This document shows positions 35,041 to 40,235 of a stretch of 40,235 bases of DNA, in pieces (positions within the stretch are counted from its first letter, which is position 1; every line of letters begins with the position of its first letter). The stretch is from Octopus bimaculoides. Taxonomy: Eukaryota. Under the pieces are notes generated by a model. It ran no database searches. It was not told the origin of the DNA and saw nothing but the letters and a program-made list of their open reading frames with translations. The stretch spans positions 16,298,840-16,339,074 of the forward strand of contig NC_068998.1 in the NCBI RefSeq assembly GCF_001194135.2, in the 5' to 3' direction. Made by a program: the position numbers and the translations under genes.

Positions 35041-35134
35041 GACCTGGAACATTGTTAGTCACCAAAACTGTCTTACATTTAAGATTATGTTCGCAATATC
35101 GTTTCACTACTGGACAAAAGTATGAGCCAATATG
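35041..35134 (-). mobile_element. Isolated internal fragment of the same Tigger family
   Basis: Homologous to 31523-31620 (KRYCEHNLKCKTVLVTNNVPG). Confidence 0.85.
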
Positions 35135-35197
35135 ACGGATGGACGGACAGATGGACAGACCGATGGATGGATGGAAGGGTGAATAGCTGTATCGATG

Positions 35198-35236
<39 letters not shown>

Positions 35237-35527
35237 GGATGGATGGATGGATGGATGGATGGATGGATGGAGAGAGAGAGAGAGAGAGAGAATTTCATTA
35301 ATAACTCACATTTTTATTGCACGCTTGAGAAAATGGTGAACTATTTTTTTTATGTAACTTTATACATTTTCACAGAAACCTGAAAACTAAAAACTCCATA
35401 GCTCGTTTTTAAATAAAAATCGTTAGTTTTCATAACAGGAAAATAATAAAAATTTAATTAGCTATTTGCAAATTTATAAGATTCTTTATCATCATCATTA
35501 TTATTATTATTACTATTTTTATTATTA

Positions 35528-35567
<40 letters not shown>

Positions 35568-35733
35568 TTCTGTTATTACTATTATTATTATTATTTCGAA
35601 ATTTAATTTTTAATTTTTATTTCTATTTTTTAATATTCAATTATAACTTTACCGTTGCTTTTGCAAATATATTTTTACTTTAAAATCAACGAACTGACAC
35701 ACGTAAATAACAAAAAAATACATAAATAATAAT

Positions 35734-35784
<51 letters not shown>

Positions 35785-36745
35785 CATAGTAATGATGATA
35801 AGGATAACAATAATAATCGAATCCATTGAACTTTGGGATTCATTCTTCACCAGTGCAGAAGGCAATATTTTAAGGGAAGGGCCTTGTTAAGTTCGATATT
35901 CTTAATTAATAGTTAGCTTGAAGGGAAGCTGAAAGATGAATGGGGTATTGGTGTGGTTTGGAGTTGGTGTTGGGTGTGGTGTGATACTATTCGGTGTTTT
36001 GTGGAGAGAGGCACATTGCTCAAGTAGAATATTCAAGAACTAGAAATGTGCATAGAAAGGTTTAATTTGCATGATTGTTATGGTTATTCATTTTTTTTTT
36101 GTCATTGTTGTTGTTGTTGATTTTGTTTTTTATGTTCTTTTTCTGTTGGTGGTGTTGTTGTTGTTGTTGTTGCTATTGTTGCACTATTGACTTTTCTTGT
36201 TGTTGCTGTTGTTGTTGTGGTTGTTGTTGATGATGATGATGATGATGCTTTTTGTTGGTGTTACTTTCCTTGTTTCTGTTGCTGTTGTGTGTCATGTTGT
36301 TGTTGCTGTTGTTGTTGTTGTTGTTGTTTTTACTGTATGGTACCAGGTCAGTCCTAATTGGTCAGACCTATGACCAAAGCTATCCCAACTGTGACTATCT
36401 TGTCCTTATTTTCTTCTCCAATTAGTAAAACCAAAATTACCTGTTTTAGATCATGAAATCAGGAGTTCATTAGTACAGTCACTGAATTGCAAAATTCACA
36501 CGCAGAATATATAGGAGTGGCGTGGAACTATACAAGGAGAGAGTCCCACATAGAATGGGGGTTATGCTTTGTTATTGTACAGATTATGGAGACAGAGGAT
36601 GGAGACAATCCCACATAGAATATGTCACAATGTTGTTGTTGTACTGTGAAGGTCATCCACAGAATATGTCACTGTGTTGTACTGCTGATTCCTATTGTTT
36701 TTTAACTGGTACTCAGTTGGTTACAAGGGTTCCATTTCATCCAAT

Positions 36746-37014
36746 CAACTGAACACCTTGCCCATGAAATTAACATGCACTCCACAGACACATGTAGCTT
36801 TAATGTAGTTCTGAGGGAGATCCAGCATGACACAGAATGTGACAAGGATGGCCCCTTTTGAATTACAGGTACTACTTATTTTTGCCAGCTGTGTGCAGTG
36901 GAACAACATGAAATAAGGTGTCTTACTCAAGGACACAATGCGCTGCTGGGAATTGAACTCATGACCTTACAATTGTGAGCTGAATACCCTAACCACTAAG
37001 CCACACACCTTCAC
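36746..37014 (-). mobile_element. SINE family C, near full length, CpG-decayed
   Basis: Reverse complement ggcttagtggttagggtattcagctcacaattgtaaggtcatgagttcaattccc...tccttgagtaagacacctt. Confidence 0.85.
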
Positions 37015-38259
37015 TACTGATTTGAAAAGGTCACATGTAATACAAGTAGCTATCTTATTTTTACATTAGCCCTTCATTCCCTGTGTAGCATAGGCCATTA
37101 ACAGCTACCAACAGCTTTCCTCCACTATTCACAACTCTGGGCTGACTTTTCTGCTCCTTTTAGTTGGGTCCTTGGTTTCTCAGCTCTGTCACAGTATCTC
37201 ACCTCCAGGAGTCATCTCTTCTGCTTCTGTTGCAGGTTCCAGGTCAGTGCCTGATGTCTAATGCAGTATGTTGGTTTTGCTGCACAAACAGCCCATGCCT
37301 GTTGCTAAGGGGTTGCACTGGACAGCACTTCACCCTCACTGCTCAATGGTGAACCCTCAAATTTACAGTGATACACCTATTTTGAAACTCCACTTTAGCA
37401 CTAATACAAATTAGTGCCCACTAGGATATTCTCAAGTAACCCCAGGCATCTAAGTCTGGCAATGGGCCTACCACTATATATGTTTCCCTAAGGGAAGAAT
37501 TTATCAAGTAGTTAGCTTGAAAAAACCTCATAAGGGAAAAATCCATCATTTATTCCCTATAAATATATTTATTAATTTATATAAGGCCATTACTAGAGAA
37601 GAATAAAATATAAGATGTAGAGTTTATTAAATAGCTGTCTAAACGTACTGCTTCCTGTTGACTACGACATAAAACTATATGAAATGGAGGCATTTCTCTT
37701 CCACTTTTTATATTTTTTTTCCACATATTTTCAACTCATAATTTTGCCACGTGGTTTATACTGAATCTTCAGTATCGTTACACCTTGTATATTTTTGTAT
37801 ATATATATATATATNNNNNNNNNNNNNNNNNNNNNNNNNNNNNNNNNNNNNNNNNNNNNNNNNNNNNNNNNNNNNNNNNNNNNNNNNNNNNNNNNNNNNN
37901 NNNNNNNNNNNNNNNNNNNNNNNNNNNNNNNNNNNNNNNNNNNNNNNNNNNNNNNNNNNNNNNNNNNNNNNNNNNNNNNNNNNNNNNNNNNNNNNNNNNN
38001 NNNNNNNNNNNNNNNNNNNNNNNNNNNNNNNNNNNNNNNNNNNNNNNNNNNNNNNNNNNNNNNNNNNNNNNNNNNNNNNNNNNNNNNNNNNNNNNNNNNN
38101 NNNNNNNNNNNNNNNNNNNNNNNNNNNNNNNNNNNNNNNNNNNNNNNNNNNNNNNNNNNNNNNNNNNNNNNNNNNNNNNNNNNNNNNNNNNNNNNNNNNN
38201 NNNNNNNNNNNNNNNNNNNNNNNNNNNNNNNNNNNNNNNNNNNNNNNNNNNNNNNNNNN

Positions 38260-38290
<31 letters not shown>

Positions 38291-38823
38291 GGGGGGATTT
38301 ACAAAAAACAACAACAGACGAGGACAGGTGGTGTAAACAACAAAAGGATGTATTAGTTTAGCGTATACATATATATATATGTATGTATGTATGTATAAGT
38401 GTGCATATATGTATGAATGTATGTAATTCTCATGCACAGATACAACCAATAAACACACAGAAATTACTACACATATATACTGCATGAAATAAATACACTA
38501 AAGTTATAAAAACAAATGTGTATATCATAAAAAAAAAACTCCTGAAACAAAATATGACATATTTGCCACCCAAACACAAAGTAAAGAATATATTGCAAAA
38601 ATATCAGGATTAAAAACTCTCATTAACATAAAACCAGAAACTAACAAACCAGAGATTGCACTTCAGACAACGAATGTGATGTACATATTTCAATGCAGAC
38701 ATGTCTTAATCTGTAATATTGGACATACCAGCATGACACTTGCTCGTCAGTTGACTATGCATTTACAGCAGATTTAAAAACACAAGATAAAATAAAACTA
38801 AATAGATATAAAAAAAACACCAT

Positions 38824-39063
38824 CTTTTATCATTGGACTATGCTATTGTGGAGCACTACCTTGAAGGGTTTGGTCAAACAAAGTGACCCCAGTACTTTCT
38901 TTCTTTTTTCTAAGTTTGATGCTTTTATCTATCAGTCTCTTTAACCACACAGTTTACAGCTACCAAATTCATTCACAAGGCATTGGTCAGCTCAGGGCTA
39001 TGGTAGAAAACACTTGCCCAATGTGCCGAGCAGTGGGACTGAAACCAAAACTACAAGGCTGTG
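38824..39063 (-). mobile_element. Degenerate, internally deleted SINE family A copy
   Basis: tcattggactatgctattgtggagcactacc...caaattcattcacaaggcattggtcagc...gtagaaaacacttgccc...gtgggactgaa. Confidence 0.75.
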
Positions 39064-39110
39064 TTATAGTTTAACTTGTCTCTCCCACTTTTGTAAGGAA
39101 TTTTAAACAG

Positions 39111-39143
<33 letters not shown>

Positions 39144-39527
39144 NNNNNNNNNNNNNNNNNNNNNNNNNNNNNNNNNNNNNNNNNNNNNNNNNNNNNNNNN
39201 NNNNNNNNNNNNNNNNNNNNNNNNNNNNNNNNNNNNNNNNNNNNNNNNNNNNNNNNNNNNNNNNNNNNNNNNNNNNNNNNNNNNNNNNNNNNNNNNNNNN
39301 NNNNNNNNNNNNNNNNNNNNNNNNNNNNNNNNNNNNNNNNNNNNNNNNNNNNNNNNNNNNNNNNNNNNNNNNNNNNNNNNNNNNNNNNNNNNNNNNNNNN
39401 NNNNNNNNNNNNNNNNNNNNNNNNNNNNNNNNNNNNNNNNNNNNNNNNNNNNNNNNNNNNNNNNNNNNNNNNNNNNNNNNNNNNNNNNNNNNNNNNNNNN
39501 NNNNNNNNNNNNNNNNNNNNNNNNNNN

Positions 39528-39559
<32 letters not shown>

Positions 39560-39582
39560 CCGCAGAATGTATAATATCAATG

Positions 39583-39885
39583 TGCACACATGACAGAGTG
39601 TAAGCGCCCTGAGAGAAATGTTAGACATAAGAACCATCAGATGTGGCATGAGAGAGAGATGTTTGCATTGGTATGGTCATGTACTGCAGATGGTCGAGGA
39701 GAGCTGTGTGAAGAAGTGCCACTCCCAAACATTGGAAGGAATCTGGGGTTGAGGGAGACCTAGGAAGACATGGGATGAGGTAGTGAAGATTGACTTTCAA
39801 ACGTTGGGCCTCAAAGAGGCAATGACAAAAGACTGAGACCTCTGGAGATATGCTGTGACTGAGAAGACCCAACAACTAAAGTGAG
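39583..39885 (+). mobile_element. 3' end of an RTE-clade LINE
   Basis: ALREMLDIRTIRCG, LHWYGHVLQM.EESCVKKCH, GRPRKTWDEVVK.D..LGL.EAMTKD.DLWRYAV.EKT. Confidence 0.88.
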
Positions 39886-39889
39886 TTCA

Positions 39890-40165
39890 CAGCTGTAACC
39901 GCACCAGCGTTGCATAACCAGCCCACTCAAAATTACCTTGGATCATAGGGCAACATGTCATACTTGAGGAGACCTATTGAGTCAAGTACATCAACATCAA
40001 CATCAATATTAAAATCACATCAAATTACAATCAAATGGAAATTCTAGTTGTGACCCCCACGCTGGTGGCACATAAAAAGCACCATCCAAATGTGGCTGAT
40101 GCATGTGCCACCTTGACTGGCTTCTGTGCCGGTGGCACATAAAAAGCACCATCTGATCATGGCAT
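39890..40165 (+). repeat. Repeat downstream of the RTE ORF with a 23-bp direct repeat
   Basis: ggtggcacataaaaagcaccatc at 40064-40086 and 40131-40153. Confidence 0.6.
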
Positions 40166-40191
40166 ATATATCATATATTATATATATATAA

Positions 40192-40235
<44 letters not shown>

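Noticed and set aside
37150-37230. Possible second RTE 3' end on the minus strand
   Set aside because: Similarity to 39820-39885 is too short and degenerate to call by eye.
1064-39649. Dozens of long ORFs rich in YI/HT/CV/LS dipeptides or X runs
   Set aside because: They are translations of (TA)n, (CA)n, (TG)n, (GATA)n repeats and N-gaps, not genes.
1-40235. CRISPR array or prokaryotic system
   Set aside because: There are no regularly spaced repeat-spacer units or operon-like genes. The sequence is metazoan.

Overview
This is AT-rich, microsatellite-saturated eukaryotic genomic DNA from a gapped draft assembly (13 N-gaps, about 6.5 kb). The repeat families point to an octopus (inference). 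Almost every ORF in the supplied track is a microsatellite or N-run artefact. One real host coding exon is recognisable: the terminal exon of a UNC-93-like MFS membrane protein (4903-5138, +). The rest is transposon debris: a full-length decayed mariner with both TIRs, a Tigger/pogo transposase, a Penelope-like element (RT tail plus GIY-YIG), R4/Dong-type, CR1/L2-type and RTE LINE fragments, MITE-like elements and about 15 tRNA-derived SINE copies of at least four families. The main unexpected signal is seven type I hammerhead-ribozyme-like motifs (330-369 -, 11443-11472 -, 11946-11985 +, 20470-20522 -, 26213-26248 -, 26481-26518 -, 26525-26562 +). Two of them form a back-to-back palindromic pair, one lies downstream of the Penelope ORF, and several share non-canonical core bases. 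All folds were read by eye, and no activity is shown. CpG depletion right of about 32.1 kb suggests entry into a methylated gene body.
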